From positions 4,526,001 through 4,590,000 of the forward strand of contig OZ218951.1 in the NCBI GenBank assembly GCA_965112735.1: DNA of 64,000 nt, written 5' to 3'. Shown in pieces: positions 9,896 through 23,413 of the stretch (positions are counted from its first letter, which is position 1; every line of letters begins with the position of its first letter). Made by a program: the position numbers and the translations under genes. This DNA comes from Phaeosaccion multiseriatum (lineage: Eukaryota; Protista; Ochrophyta, other classes). The notes below the pieces were generated by a model, which made no database searches, was not told where the DNA came from, and worked only from the letters and a program-made list of their open reading frames with translations.

Positions 9896-12800
9896 ATGGC
9901 TGCTTCGTCAGGGAAGGGAGAAGTTCCGGGCCTCCCAATCCTCCTCATCGGAGCGGCTGCCACTGCGACGGTCTTGCTGACTGCGGCGGCTGGTCTCTCG
10001 GCTCGGAAAGGCTTTACAAAGCTCCAAAAGGGACATGGCACCAGCAGCAGTGAGGAGGATGAGGGAGGAGAGGAGCATGTGTGTCGTACGAAGGGGAGCT
10101 TGAGTTTGGATATGGGTGGGAGGCTGGCGAAGGCTGTCGTGATCGAGCAGCGCGAGGGGGAGGTGGGCGAAGGAGCTGGACCGTCCACCTCCTCCTCAGT
10201 GGAGCGGCTCGGTGGCAGCGGCAGGTGGGTGGGTCACCCTTCTCTCGCGTCCTTTCGGCTTAACGTACCATAGTGAGCTTTGGCGGCCTGAGCTCAGGTT
10301 GCACCCTTTTGCACCACCGTCCAATGTGCCCAACAGATGTGAGCGGTGCGAGGCCTCGGCTGTATCCGTCCTGACCGAGTGGCTCCCTCGGCGCTGGGAG
10401 ACTAGGGGCGGTAGTGGGAGCTCAGGGAAGTGCAGGCGAAGCTACCCAGCAGGAAACCAACCCACCACCACCACCGCCGCCATCGCCACCGACAGTAGCA
10501 GTGGAAGCAGGAGCATCAGGAGCAAGAGGCAGAGAGGGGAGCGAGGAGCTGAATCACGTCCGTCTGTGTTCGCAAGGGTGAGTAGCGTGCACCTGAAATA
10601 AATCGAGGGGCATGGACGAAACAAAGCACAAAGTCTGCCCATGCATGACCCATGCATCAAGCAACACCGCCACAAGCATCCTGATCCGGACGCTTTTGCT
10701 CTTCTAGGTAAATCTGATTGGGGTACAGCTTTGTACGACCACCTTCTTCGCTGCCCAATGAAAGCCCCCCTCGCCTCTCGTGCTCTCTTAACCCAACCAA
10801 CTACGCCCCCCTGACCTCATGCTCCCTTCCGCCCCCTCCCCTCCCCTCCCTCCCCCCCCTTCCTCCGCTTCGTCTCCCTTGTGCCACACAGCTGCACGCC
10901 CTCCTCTTCGCTCCCCACTCCACCCACAGACACCTGCGCGGTCTGTCCGTGTGGGTCCCTTCGCTGCACAGCACGCTCCACTTTGTCGCCTTTGACGCAC
11001 GTCCAGCGCGCATCGACGACTTCGTTGACTTCGTGCAGTCCATGGTGCACAGAGAAGGATTGTAAGTGATGAGGTGTGATGTGCTCGGAGGGCAGCGTAG
11101 GGTAGGGTATGATAGGGTAGGGTAGGGTAGGGTAGGGCAGGACAGGGCAGGGCAGGGCAGGGCAGGGCAGGGAAGTTGGTAATACAGGGAAGTTGGTAAT
11201 ACAGGGAAGTTGGTAATACAGGGCATGGCAGGCTAGGGCAGGGCTCCCCACTCAGTCAACCTCCTGTCCTCCCTCCCCACTTCGCAAACCTTGTCGTTGT
11301 CTCTTCCCCCCTATCCGACTCAGCAACAGTTGCTCCACCTCCGCCGAGAGCTCTTCTCCCCCACCTATACCGCGAAGGATGCCTGCGGCCGCTGCTGCAT
11401 CACCAACTGCTGTATCACCAACTGATCATGATGATGATAATGATGATGCTTTGGGGGGTGTGGGCGTGGCTGCTCCTTCGCGGCATGAGCAAGAGCTGGA
11501 GCAGTTGGTTATACAGCAGGAGAAGCAGGAGGAGGCAGTCGTTTTGCGGGCAACAGGTTGGTAATCATGAGACACACATGAGCATCAAAGCATAGGTGCC
11601 CACCCACACGGCACCATACAAGGACTGCGGCGGTGTATTGAGGGGGAGGGAGGCAACGGAAGGGAGGATAAAGCCCCATGCGACGAGGTGCTGTCTATCT
11701 GTACTTACCCCCTCCCCTCGCCGTCTCTCCCCTCCCTTCCCTTCTGCAGGGGGCGGGTCCTGGAGATACGCCGATAGATTCGTAAGTGTTTTGTGTTTCT
11801 AGCAGTCGTCGCCAGTTGCCGCCGTTGGGCAGGGGAGGCACAGTCGGCACGGCCCCATACACACAAACACAGAGGGAGAGAGAGAGAGAGAGAGCGAGCG
11901 CTACACTTCGGGTATTCGCTCCTTTCCTCCCCTCGGCCTTTTACCCTTTACAACTCATCTGACACCGAAACTGCAACATCGTGTGTCTCGGTGTGTGCGT
12001 TTGTGTGTGTGTGTGTGCACGCGTATGAATGTGTGCGTGCTAATGCGTGTGGTCTTGTTTTTCTTCTGTCCCTCTCTGTGGCAGGCGCAGGAGGGGGTGC
12101 GGCTGGACAGGAGGGACGAGATTGCGTGCCTCGTCAACGGCATCAATTTCCTGCAAAAGTATGTGGATGAGGAGGTGAGTGGGCTGAGGTGGGTTAATAG
12201 TAGTGTAGGAGGAGGAGGAGGAGGAGGAGGAGGAGGAGGAGGAGGAGGAGGTGGAGGAGGAGGAGGAGGAGGAGGAGGAGGAGGAGGAGGAGGAGGAGGA
12301 GGAGGAGGAAGAGGTGAGGTAGGGTTGGTATCTATAGAAAGAGAGACACAAGGGAGGAGAAGGGCGAGTGATGTGGGGTTGGTAGATGGTATGGTAGGGA
12401 GACAGTCGATGAGGAGGTGAATGAGGCGGGGCGTTGGGTGCCTATTTTTTACTACGTAGTATTAAAGGAGATAGCAGTCGATGATGTTGGGTTGCAGTGA
12501 CTATAGGGCGTCTATAGGAAAGGACACACTGCGAATGAGGATGAGGATGTGAAGACGAGGTGCGGTGGACGGAAAGACAGACAGACGCAAGTGCTGAGGT
12601 CTGGGGTGGGCAGGGTAGGCGGGGAGGGGGGATGCGTGAATGATAGACAGATGGTGGAGAGCGTCATCAAGGTTGTAGAACTGGGCTTCTTATTAGGGGC
12701 CCCCTCCATCACACACACACACATCTCTCTCTCTCCCTCACACACACATACTCTCCCTCACACACTCTCTCTCTCATATACGCACACATATTCACACACA

Positions 12801-13881
12801 CACACGCACACACACACTCTCTCGCTCGCTCTCTCTTACACACACAACTCTCTTCTCTTCCTCTCCCTCTCTCTCTCACACACACACTCTCCTGCCTGCG
12901 GCGGTGTGCGATGTGCGGCGGCGGTGTGCAGGTGTTCACGGTGTCTACCAACCTTCGCGGCTTGGCTGACACGCCGAGCAAGGACATGGAGTTTCAAAGG
13001 CACTTCCTGCCCAAGGGAGATGGAGGAGGGGGTGATGGAGAGGGAGGTGAAGGGGGAGGTGAAGAGGGAGAGGGAGAGCACAGTACGTCCGTGTTCCCGT
13101 ACCTCCTCATCAACATCGGTGAGTGTCATTCTTTGCCTGCTTATTGCCATCTATGAATGAGTTGGTTGTACGCCCTGTGTCATCTGTGAAGGAGTTGGTG
13201 GATCCTTGATCCTTACCATCGGTTGTACGTATGCCATCTGTACGTAAGTTGGTTGTATTTAAACCGGTGTCATCTGTGAGGGAGTTGTTGTGTGCCGATG
13301 CCTGGATACGGAGGGTAGACGAGGAAGATGGACGAGAACAGAGAAAGAAGTAGAGCGAAGACAGAGAAAGAGAGTCATGCTCAGCTTGTTGGCGTGTCGT
13401 CGTGTGCTCCTCCTCCTACTCCTCCTCCTGATCATACCCCTCCTCACAAACAGGCAGCGGCGTGAGCGTGGTGCGGGTGGATGGCCCCGGTAGCGCTTCC
13501 TTCAAGCGCATCTCCGGAAGCAGCGTGGGAGGGAGCACCTTTGTCGGCCTTGCTCAGTCCATGATGGCAGTGGACGGCTTTGCTGACGTCATGGATAGGG
13601 CCGCAGAGGGGAATGTGAGGAGGGCTGACATGCTCGTGGGAGACATTTACACGTACGTAACGTTCGCACTACATACGTGTGTACGTGCGTAATTATGTGC
13701 GTGCTATGGATTGAGGTGATGCTTCACGCTTGACACTTGACACTTGGCGCTTGGCGCTTAATGACTTGGGGGGGGGGGGGCGACTTTCGGGTCTTGTGTT
13801 GTGCCCCCAAAGTAAATCCATCGACACAGCCAAACAAACACATAATCACACGCACACAAACCACACATACAAACACACCCG

Positions 13882-13916
<35 letters not shown>

Positions 13917-14314
13917 GAACCCTACTTCCCAATGCCTTTCTGTACAGCGAGGAATACGCGGGCCTTCACTGTGACGTCATCGCGAGCACCTTTGGTAAGA
14001 TATCGCTCGAAACCGCCCGTTCGCGCGAGGGGCGAGGGAGGAGAGGAAGCAGTGCTGCGTCTACCTCTACCTCGGGGGGGAGGGGTGGTGCGGGAGGAGG
14101 ACTGCTCACCCCGCTAGCGAACACCCTCACGGCCGTGCGGAGGGCAGCGTTGGGCTCTGCGTGGTTGTGGCTCAAGGTGAGGGGATGCCAGTGGATGGGA
14201 AGGGAGGGAAGGGGATGGCAGCAGAAGGGGGCTGCCCCTCACAGATGGCAGGAGAAGGAGCTGGCTCACACGCGCAGCAGAGCAGAGGGGGGGGGGGGGT
14301 GTGAGAGCACCTTC

Positions 14315-14351
<37 letters not shown>

Positions 14352-15354
14352 TACACAACACACAACGCGTACTGCCTTTCTCCCTTCCTTTCTCTTCCCC
14401 TCAATGCCCTCCCCTCCCAGGTGGTGGCGGAGCTCCCCCTGTTGGGGCGCTTGCTCTCGCGCTGGGGCTTTAGGCATTGGTTGCATCAGAGCACGCTGAG
14501 TCGCCCCTTCGAACACCTTTGGAGAAGAGGAGGAGGGGGGGACGGGGGAGGTAGTCCTTCCTCTGCAGACCTTGCCCTCTCTCTGCTGCGCATGGTCAGC
14601 AACAACATCTCGCAAATCGCGTACCTCTGCTCGCAGGAAACGGGTATCACCAAGTGAGTTCGTCTCTTTGTCTCTGTCTGTCTCTCTCTCTCTCTTTGTG
14701 TCCGTCTCCCTCACTCTGTTTCTCCGTCTCTCTCCTCCCTGCCTTCTTTCTCTTCTACCCCTCTCTCACGCACCCCCTCACACACCACACGCACCCCGCA
14801 CCCCTTCCTCTCCTCCTCCTCCCCTCCTCCTCCTCCTCCTCCCCTCCTCCTCCTCCTCCTCCTCCTCCCCCTCCTCCTCCTCCTCCTCCTCCCCCTCCTC
14901 CTCCTCCTCCTCCTCCTCCTCCTCCTCCTCCTCCTCCTCCTCCTCCTCCTCCTCCCCCTCCCTTTGTACAGAGTCATATTTGCCGGCAACTTTGTCCACG
15001 GTGGGCACCCTCAGGCGCTGGCCACTCTTGCCGATGGGCTAAGCTTCTGGTCGGCGGGCAAGCTGAACGCACACTTTATGGCTCACGACGGCTTTGCGGG
15101 TGCGTGTGTGTTTGTGTGTGTTTGTGTGTGTGTGTGTGTTTCCGTGCGTGTGTGCGAATGGGTGGGTGGGTGGGTGGGTGGGGGTTTGGCAGTATATGTG
15201 TGTGTGAGAGAGTGTGTGTGTGCCTGCATGTCTGTCTGTGTTTTTATACATGCGTAAGAGAGAGCTCAAGGTTGGGAGAAAGGGGAAAGCGAACAGAGGG
15301 CCTAGACAGACAGAGATATCGATAGAGGACACTCTAAGAAGGGTACATACAATC

Positions 15355-15393
<39 letters not shown>

Positions 15394-15753
15394 TAGACAG
15401 ACATTCGGGGATCCACACGTTGGCTGTGTGTGACGAGTAGCAAAAGCAGCGATGCCCTCGATAAAGCTGATGCATTGTCTTGCCAGGTGCATGTGCCAGC
15501 CTGCCTGCCCTTGATCGTAATTTTTTATCATTCTTTCGCTTCCCCTCCCTCCCTGGCCGGCCCAACACGCACAGGAGCACTGGGGGCGCACCTTTGTGGA
15601 ACGGCTTTCTCGCTCCATATGAGCGGGGACCTCTTTGCACCAATGGATTCTTCTCAACGTCATGGCAGTACTGAAAATAGTCGAAGTAGTGCCGAACACG
15701 AAGAGGAGGACGGGGAAGAACAAAGCAAAAAGGATATGAAGGAGGGCTTATGA
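9896..15753 (+). CDS. PANK: Type II (eukaryotic, fumble-family) pantothenate kinase, multi-exon
   Basis: [18 protein letters not shown]|[27 protein letters not shown]|[79 protein letters not shown], in order with GT-AG introns; stop at 15753. Confidence 0.93.
11171..11221. repeat. Three tandem copies of the 17-mer GGAAGTTGGTAATACAG in a PanK intron
   Basis: Read directly; a one-mismatch variant of the dispersed TTGGTGATACAG motif. Confidence 0.9.
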
Positions 15754-15957
15754 CTGGACCCTGCGCGAGTCAAGAGAACTGCGCAGGATAATACAGTCAA
15801 ACCCATTCAAGTAGAAAAAATATAAAAATATGGAGCTGAAATGAGACGCCAAAAAGAACCCTTTGTCTCAAATCCCCACCCATCCCCCCAAAAAGAAAAA
15901 AGAGGAGCTCAACCTCCATAAAGCACATTGTCTCCGCATCTGGCGATACAAGAGGCC

Positions 15958-18900
15958 ATGGAGGCCGTCGGCGGGCATCGATCTCAACAGGGGGAAGGGG
16001 GGCCGTCTCGCACCAAAAGAAGCGGCAGCAGCGGACGTAGAGCCGATCTTGGGCGCGTTCAACGCTTCTCTGCGGCAGCTGCGGCAACGTTGGCCATCAC
16101 CGCGTGGATGCTCCTGTGGTGGAGAGGTCCCCCTAACCAGGCGTCCTTCTCTCTGTTCACCATACCCGCAGCTTCGGCAGCCAAGCCCCCCCTCCTTGGG
16201 AACGACATAGACTTTCGGGAAGTTACTGACGTGAGGCTGCTTAGGAAGGGAGGTAAGGCACAGAACGCAAACGACTCGGGACGTTTATCGCCGGCAGAAG
16301 CTCCTGTGCTTTCTGTCCCTCGCTCCACCATCCACCCCGCTGCGTCGTCTCTCCCCTTTATATTTCCCTCGATCACTATATTCTGACACGTCGCGGCCTT
16401 TGCCACGGCGGCAGGAATGTGCGCCGTCTACAGCGGAACGCTTGGCGACAGAGCAGTGGTGCTAAAGGTATGGGGTGGTTACTTTGGAAGAGGAAGGGCT
16501 AGCAGAAGAGGCGAGAGGGGCGGCGGGTGGGAGAAGATGGGAGAGAAAGGCGAAGAACACGAGCTCCAAGCGAGCCCTTTTTCTGCCCTAAAATCTCACC
16601 AGCTTGCTCACAAGCCGGTTATGATGCCTCCTCCACCTTCTCCTCCCCCTTACCTCTCTCTCCGTTTCTGCACCTCTCGATTTCTCTCTCCTTCTCTCGC
16701 TCTCTCTCACCTCCTATCTCCATCCCTCCGCGTCTCTCTCTACCACCCATCCCCTTCCACGCCGCACGATCCCGTCCCGACTTGTGCCTTACTGCTGCTT
16801 CATTCAAGGTGGCGCGGGACGGTGAACTTGTACCGCAGTTCTGGGGCGACCGCATCTCTGCTGATGTGTCTTCGGAAATTGACCTCATCACGGAGCTCAA
16901 CCACCCACACATCGTTGAGGTAAGTAAGTGCCTATCCCCCTCCCGCTCCTCCCTCGCCGCTGGAGGATCTTGAGCTATCGACCACCTGGCCCTGCCCTTC
17001 CTTCGTTCGGCGTTTAGCTGTTTTATTGCTTCGATGCCCCGAACGCGCGTTTCCTCTCGCGCGCGCTTGCTTACCTACTTCTACTTCGCTCGTCGACTAC
17101 GCGCCTTTGCAGGGGTATTCTTTCTTTTGTCCAATTTTTAAATCTCTCTCTCTCTGTCTCCCTGTAACTGTCTGTAAGCTTCTCGGCTCTGGGACCATCA
17201 CTCGCCTTGCATGCGAGAGCGAGGCAGACACGCTCGGGCAGGTGAGGTGGATGGCAGTGGATAGGAAGCTACGGGAGATGACGTCAATGGATGGGCAGCT
17301 AAGGGGGGTGGATGGCAGTGGATGGGCAAAGAAGCGCACCTCCAATCAAGCTCCCCACCGGCAAGCCTCCGTAGTGTGAGGGCTCTCCATATGCTTGCGC
17401 ACATAGCACAAGGCAAAACGGCACCGCACAACACAACACCAACTAACTTCACCTCGCTTGGGCAGGTGGACGCCCATGCCAGAGAGGCACTGGCGGAGGG
17501 GCGGAGCGAGTGGAAGTTCAGCGTGTTCGAGTATTTGGAGGGAGGTGAGTGAGTGGAGAGATTTATCCAGCCATCATCAGGCCAACAGCCAATCAGGCCA
17601 GCCAGACAGCAGTAGTGAGACAGTAGCGAGACCGTATACGAGACAGTATACGAGACAGTAGCGAGTTTTTGGTCTGGGCGAGGACCCTTTGTGGCTCTTG
17701 GCTGGCGAAAGAGCCCCTCCCTCGCGTCCTTTTCGTCCCTGTGCGGCAACCCCCTCGCCCCGCCGAGTGCCTTCGTAACCCCCCCCCCCCTCTCCCCTCT
17801 CCGTCTATCATCTCACAACCAGGCACTCTGAAGGATCGCATGGGCCTTCTCAAGCTCCCGTCGGACGACGTGCTTGCCTACGCCACCAACCGCAAGCGCT
17901 TCCCCTACTCGGAGGCCGTCTCCACCGCTCTGGCCATTGCCAAGGCCCTTGCGTACATGCACCATGACGCCATGAAGGGCATCACCGTCATGCACAGGGA
18001 TCTCAAGGTCAGAGTATGACCAAATTTCGCGTGTTGGTGCTCCACTCGCCTCACAGGTTCTGCTCGTCCTGGTGCCCGACATGCCTGATACAAACTAAAG
18101 CCTGCCTTTCTCATCCCTCCTCCGTGGTGTGGATATGGAAGAACAAGCCCTTAACCGTCCCCCTGCTCCCTCCACGCCCACGCCACCCTGCCTGCCCCCT
18201 CAACTGCCATCCATGCGCGGCTCACCTCCCACTCGACACCACCCCATCTACTGCCATCCTTAGCCGGACAACATCCTCTTCACTAAGGACGGGGTGAGAC
18301 GAGAGACGAGAGACAAAAGGGACCAGAGGGCGAAAGGGCGCTTCCACAATGAAGCTGGGGCTCCGTCGACCCCCTATGTCGTCCTCGTTAGTGTGTGCAC
18401 TGCCTCGCTCTACTGTGTGTGTGTGCATTCTCTCAGACCAGACCCACCCATTCCCTTCCTTTACCTTCTCTTCGCTCGTTCGGTTGTGTCTTTATACCTT
18501 GTGTCCACCCCATCCACTGCCATCCACTGCCATCCACTGCCATCCACTGCCATCCACTGCCATCCCATCCCATCCCATCCACCACCATCCGATCCCACCT
18601 AATCCCAACGCCCTACTTGTGTGTGCTGGGCATCCCCTCTCTGATAAAGATACCCAAACTTATCGACTTCTCTCTGGCGAGGGCTGTTCCGCGGTCCTCC
18701 CCCGACTCGGTTGAGGAATTTGAAATGACCGGCAACGTGTGTTACCAGCGCTACATGGCCCCCGAGGTTAGTGTGAGCGCATCACAGCCACACCCGCATC
18801 AATTCCTCCTCATCCACTGCCATCCCATCACCCATCCATTGCCATCCATTCTCCCTCTCTTACATAGGTGGGAATGGACATGCCCTACAACGAGCGGGTG

Positions 18901-20559
18901 GATTCCTACGCCTTTGCAATGATCTTGTATGAAATCCTCGCCCTCAAGACTGCCTTCGATTCCTTCCGCCACTGGGAGGAGGGGGAGGGGGAGGGGGAGG
19001 GCATGGAAGGGGGCAATCAACAAGGCTACGGCTATGGAACCGCCAGGCTGGGCAAAGAAGGGGTGAGTAAGAAGAGAAGCTATACTTTCAAAGCAGGAAG
19101 AATCAGGGCATCCCTGAACACAATTCTTTGCCTGTTACTTGCTGTCTGTCTGGAACCATCTGCCGCCATGTGCTGCCATCTGCTCGAAAAACACTTTGAT
19201 ATTCGACACTTCGACACGCAATCACTCCACTCCACTACTCGGCCTCTCACTCGCTCTGTGCTGTGTGGACTTACCTACCTACGTGGTTGCTTCCTTCCTG
19301 CCTTCCTGCCTTCCTGCCTTCCTTCCTTCCTGCCTTCCCTTTCCTTCCTTCCTTCATTCCTTCCTTCCTTCCTTCCTTCGTTCCTTCCTTCCTTCCTTCC
19401 TTCCTTCCTTCCTTCCTTCCTTCCTTCCTTCCTTCCTTCCTTCCTTCCTTCCTGCCTTCCCTTTCCTTCCTTCCTTCATTCCTTCCTTCCTTCCTTCCTT
19501 CCTCCCTTCCTTCCTTCCTTCCTTCCTTCCTTCCTTCCTTCCTTCGTTCCTTCCTTCCTTCCTTCCTTCCTTCCTTCCTTTCTTTCTTCCTTCCTTCCTT
19601 CCTTCCTCCCTTCCTTCCTTCCTTCCTTCCTTCCTTCCTTCCTTCCTTCCTTCCTTCCTTCCTTCCTTCCTTCCTTCCTTCCTTCCCTCCTTCCTTCCCT
19701 CGTTCCTTCCCTTTCCTTCCTTCCTTCCTTCCTTCCTTCCTCCCTTCCTTCCTTCCTTCCTTCCTTCCTTCGTTCCTTCGTTCCTTCCTTCCTTCCGTAC
19801 TCACGCCACTCCACTTCCGACGCACTACACCACACCACACCACACCACAACGAACCACCACGACACCACGACACCACACGATATCACACCATACCATAAC
19901 ACATCACACCACACCACCACACACCACCACCATCTCACCGCCACACCACCACACCACCACAATGTGCATCGGCAGCCGATCCGGAGACCCACCCCTCGTC
20001 TGGAGTATGCTAAGACCAGCAGCGACTTCGGAAGCTGGCAGGAGGAGTGGATAGATGCCGTGGTGGAGAAGGGGGAGCGCCCTCGTATGCGGCCGGAGTG
20101 GAGCGGACGTTTGAAGCGCATACTCTACCGCTGCTGGCAGGCGGACTGGAGAGCCCGGCCGGACATGAGGGAGGTAGGTGTGAGTGAGTGATACCCTTCT
20201 AGGCCCCCTCGCCCACTCACTCACCCACCCACCCACCCATTCGCTCGCTCACTCACACCCCCATACACGCGCGCGCCCACTCCCACGACACCTACAAGAT
20301 TGTGGCTGAGCTCGAGGAGGTGCAGAAGGAGGGAGTCTTTGTGCACGAGTGGGAGAGCGACGAGTGGTGGGAAGACCTCCCCCCGCCGCCCCAGGACGAT
20401 GAGTACTTCGACGAGGAGGGGGAGGGTGGGGACATGAGCAACGCCACCAGAGGCACCTTTAACCCGTGGAAGCAGTGCCCAGTCCTGACCTTTATGGACG
20501 TGGCGGAGGGCGCGTATATTGTGTCCACGGGGTCCGGTAGGCGCGCCGACTACCGTTAA
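15958..20559 (+). CDS. Protein kinase (TKL-like) with N-terminal hydrophobic anchor, about 11 exons
   Basis: KG|GMCAVY, VVLK, ELNHPHIV, FEYLEG|GTL, LAYMH..MHRDLK|PDNILF, KLIDFSLAR, RYMAPE, DSYAFAMILYEI, GERP..CW..RP; final exon ends at TAA 20559. Start uncertain. Confidence 0.9.
19290..19796. repeat. (CCTT)n microsatellite, about 500 bp, in a kinase intron
   Basis: Read directly. Confidence 0.97.
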
Positions 20560-21247
20560 CGGTTGTTAGTTAGTGGTCGGTCGGTACACTATGGTCATGT
20601 ATGTATTAGGTAGGAGGTGGGCTCTCTGAAGGACTCGAGCAGCTACAGGCATTGCAAGGCCTGGCTGCAGCTAGACTGTGTCAACTTGGCGGAGGGCAGG
20701 AGGAGGAAAAGACGCACGGGAGGGAGTGACGCGCAGAGATTCACACACGTGCACAAGCACGTGTGCACTGTACACGCCACTCTTTCTTTGGGGTTGAGAA
20801 TGCGTGCATAATATTCAGTACTATAAGTGTTATTTAAGGAATACAAAGGAGGAAAGAAGAGGGAGAAAAGGGTTTCTTCATTCCTCTCTCTGCCCCTCTC
20901 CCTCTCTGCACCCCTCCGTCTCTCCCTCCCTTCCTCTTCCTCTCTCTCTCTATCCCTCTCCCCTCATCTCTCTCCTTCTCTCACCCCCTATTCCCACATC
21001 GTGCAAGCCCACCCCCCCCCTTTGACGGAACAAGCACAACAACAGCCCGTTCTCTGTCACTAACTTACTAACCAGAGCCCTCCCAGCACCCTCCTCTATA
21101 CTTTGTACATGGCACGCACAATCCTCTGTGCATAGATAGACACCCCCCCCCCCCCCTAGCCAGCTCCGCTACACCCACACCAACAATACAAACGTTACAA
21201 ACGTTACAACAATGCGGTGCCTTTTGACCCTTTGCTTCACTGTGTTA

Positions 21248-23164
21248 CTACACCGTGATGGCCCCTCCCTCCGACTCCGAAAAGACGACCGACATGGCCT
21301 CTCCGAATACCCAAGCGAGCGACAGCCCAAGCACAGTCAAGAAGCACGCACCCCCCAGTCTCGAGGTCTGCTTCTCCACCTTGAGATGCTCCTGATCCGC
21401 CTGTGTGGCGGGGAGAAGCCCGAGGAGCACCAGCGGCAAGGGTGCGACCACCGAAGTCAGCACTGTAAGCTTCCAAATGCCGGTAAAGTCTCCTGCCTCG
21501 ATGGCCTGGTTGCTCACGTCCCACAGGCTGGCCATCAGCGTGCCGAGAGAGCCCGCACAGACGAGGGCGATGTTGCCAAAGGTGGTGAGCATGGAGTACG
21601 TGGCGCCCTCACTGCCCCCCGGACAAAGGTGCATGTACATGATGCACACAGGGAGGAACTGAATGCCCTGGACGTACTCTGAAATCACGTCGTCGCCAAG
21701 GGCAAACCAAAAGTCCGGCACGTGGAAGAACCACCACGTGTGGTTGAGGCGGAACACAAGCACGAGCTGAAGTAGGGAGAAGAGGGTGGTGATGATGACC
21801 GACCACGCGTAGACGAGGCGCCAGCTCACATGGAACAGGTACCGCTTGTACGCGAGCACGCCTAGCATGGTGGTGATCGCCCCCGCCGTCGCCATAAAGC
21901 CCAATTGGTAGGCCTGGAAGTGTAACCCGAGCTGTAAGAAGGACCCCCAGGCCGCGTTGGGGATTTGAAAAAGATTGAAGAGGTAGATGAAGGTCATGGG
22001 TTTCCACACGGCCTTGAGCTGGATGGTCGTCCACACATCCTGACACTGCTGCTGCACGCTCTTGCGGTCCACGCCTCGCTCCTCGTACAGAAACCAAGCA
22101 GCGGGGGCGAGCAATAGCAAGGGTACCATGGCATTCAGCGCGCAGACTTGATCAAAGTCCAAACCCCAGCCCCAGCTTCGTCGGTTGTAGAGCAAGGCGC
22201 CACCCAGACAGCCCACCACCGAACCCGCGAAGCGAATGGCGTAGCAGGTGCCTTGCAGCTGCCCATCAGATTGGGCGTCGCTGAGGTTGGTGCTCGTCTT
22301 GTTCATGTTGCGGCTGCCGCTGCTGTTCAACGGGGAGGCCTCTCCCCCCCGCAGCGGGTCTGATCGAGTACTCGGAGACGACGGGGAGCATGTTGAAGCC
22401 ACTTCGCTGCTCTCTTCTCCCGTGCCCGTTCCACTCTCCAAGCTGCTGCCGAGCTCGGTTGATGCGGATGTGTTGCTAAGCCGCTCGGCCTCCTCCGCCG
22501 CCGCATACTCGAGCAGCTTCCGGTTCACAGCACTCCTCTCCACCACAAGAGTGTCACTCATCACGTCCCCCATGATCTGCCCCAGTGTAGCTGTAAAGAG
22601 CAGGACGGCGAGGGAGGTGCGAGTGATGAGCCCGAGGTGAGCCAGTCCGCCCAACGCGAGATAGCACACCACATGCAGACCGAACCCCACCACCAGATAG
22701 GGCTTTCGACGCAGCCCCGCGATGGGGAAAATGTCACTGATAAAGCCGTGAACGAGCTTGAAGGACCAGGGGATGCTCATGAGTACGTAGATGGTGTTTT
22801 GCTCCCCTGGTTGCAGGTTCAGTGTGTTGACCATGAAGACATTGAGGGGGGTCCGCACGAAGCTGGCCAGGAACCCCACGCAGAAGTAGGATATGGGGAT
22901 GGCGAGGTGGTCCAGGTGCGTCAGCACGATGGGCCCTCGCTCCAACAGACTCCCCCCCACGTCATCCTCCTCCTGCTCCTTCGGCAAAAGCTGCCCGTTC
23001 TCCACTTCCCATCGCTGGTTCTTGTCTCCTCTGCCATCATCGCCTCCCTCGCTGACCCCTCCATATTTCGCGCTCGAGTACCCGGCGCGGCTCCTACTGC
23101 TTTGCGAGCTACCACGAGTGGAGCTCAGGAGAGTAGACGCCTCGCTCCGTTCACCATTGACCAT
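21248..23164 (-). CDS. Folate-biopterin transporter (BT1/FBT family, MFS), intronless, 638 aa
   Basis: IPWSFKLVHGFISDIFPIAGLRRKPY, DVMSDTLVVE, LCPGGSEGATYSMLTTFGN motifs and about 12 hydrophobic segments. Confidence 0.92.
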   Translation of the reverse strand: MVNGERSEASTLLSSTRGSSQSSRSRAGYSSAKYGGVSEGGDDGRGDKNQRWEVENGQLLPKEQEEDDVGGSLLERGPIVLTHLDHLAIPISYFCVGFLASFVRTPLNVFMVNTLNLQPGEQNTIYVLMSIPWSFKLVHGFISDIFPIAGLRRKPYLVVGFGLHVVCYLALGGLAHLGLITRTSLAVLLFTATLGQIMGDVMSDTLVVERSAVNRKLLEYAAAEEAERLSNTSASTELGSSLESGTGTGEESSEVASTCSPSSPSTRSDPLRGGEASPLNSSGSRNMNKTSTNLSDAQSDGQLQGTCYAIRFAGSVVGCLGGALLYNRRSWGWGLDFDQVCALNAMVPLLLLAPAAWFLYEERGVDRKSVQQQCQDVWTTIQLKAVWKPMTFIYLFNLFQIPNAAWGSFLQLGLHFQAYQLGFMATAGAITTMLGVLAYKRYLFHVSWRLVYAWSVIITTLFSLLQLVLVFRLNHTWWFFHVPDFWFALGDDVISEYVQGIQFLPVCIMYMHLCPGGSEGATYSMLTTFGNIALVCAGSLGTLMASLWDVSNQAIEAGDFTGIWKLTVLTSVVAPLPLVLLGLLPATQADQEHLKVEKQTSRLGGACFLTVLGLSLAWVFGEAMSVVFSESEGGAITV

Positions 23165-23413
23165 CGGCCTCTTTTCCTCCCTCTCCTCCTCCTCTTTCGA
23201 CTGTAACTGAAGAGATGCGAGGCCCTTCCCCTCACCACTGGCCTCACCACCTGGCTCAGTGCAGGCAAAGCTGCACTGGACGTGTAGATCGTCGGTGAGG
23301 GAAGAGGGAGGGAAGAATGTCCAGATGGCAGCAGAGGGAGGAAAATCTTACAAAGATCTTGGTAGGGCGAGAGAGAAGAAAGGGAGAAAGAGAAGAGAGA
23401 GAGTGCGACAAGA

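Noticed and set aside
19139-20191. Long ORFs with PSFL/EGRK repeats (also LPTY at 42809-44690, HPSI/MDGW at 60128-60538, HT/CV runs)
   Set aside because: Stop-free translations of intronic microsatellites, not proteins.
9896-23164. Vitamin/cofactor gene cluster (PanK + folate transporter)
   Set aside because: Different pathways, separated by a kinase; no evidence of co-regulation.
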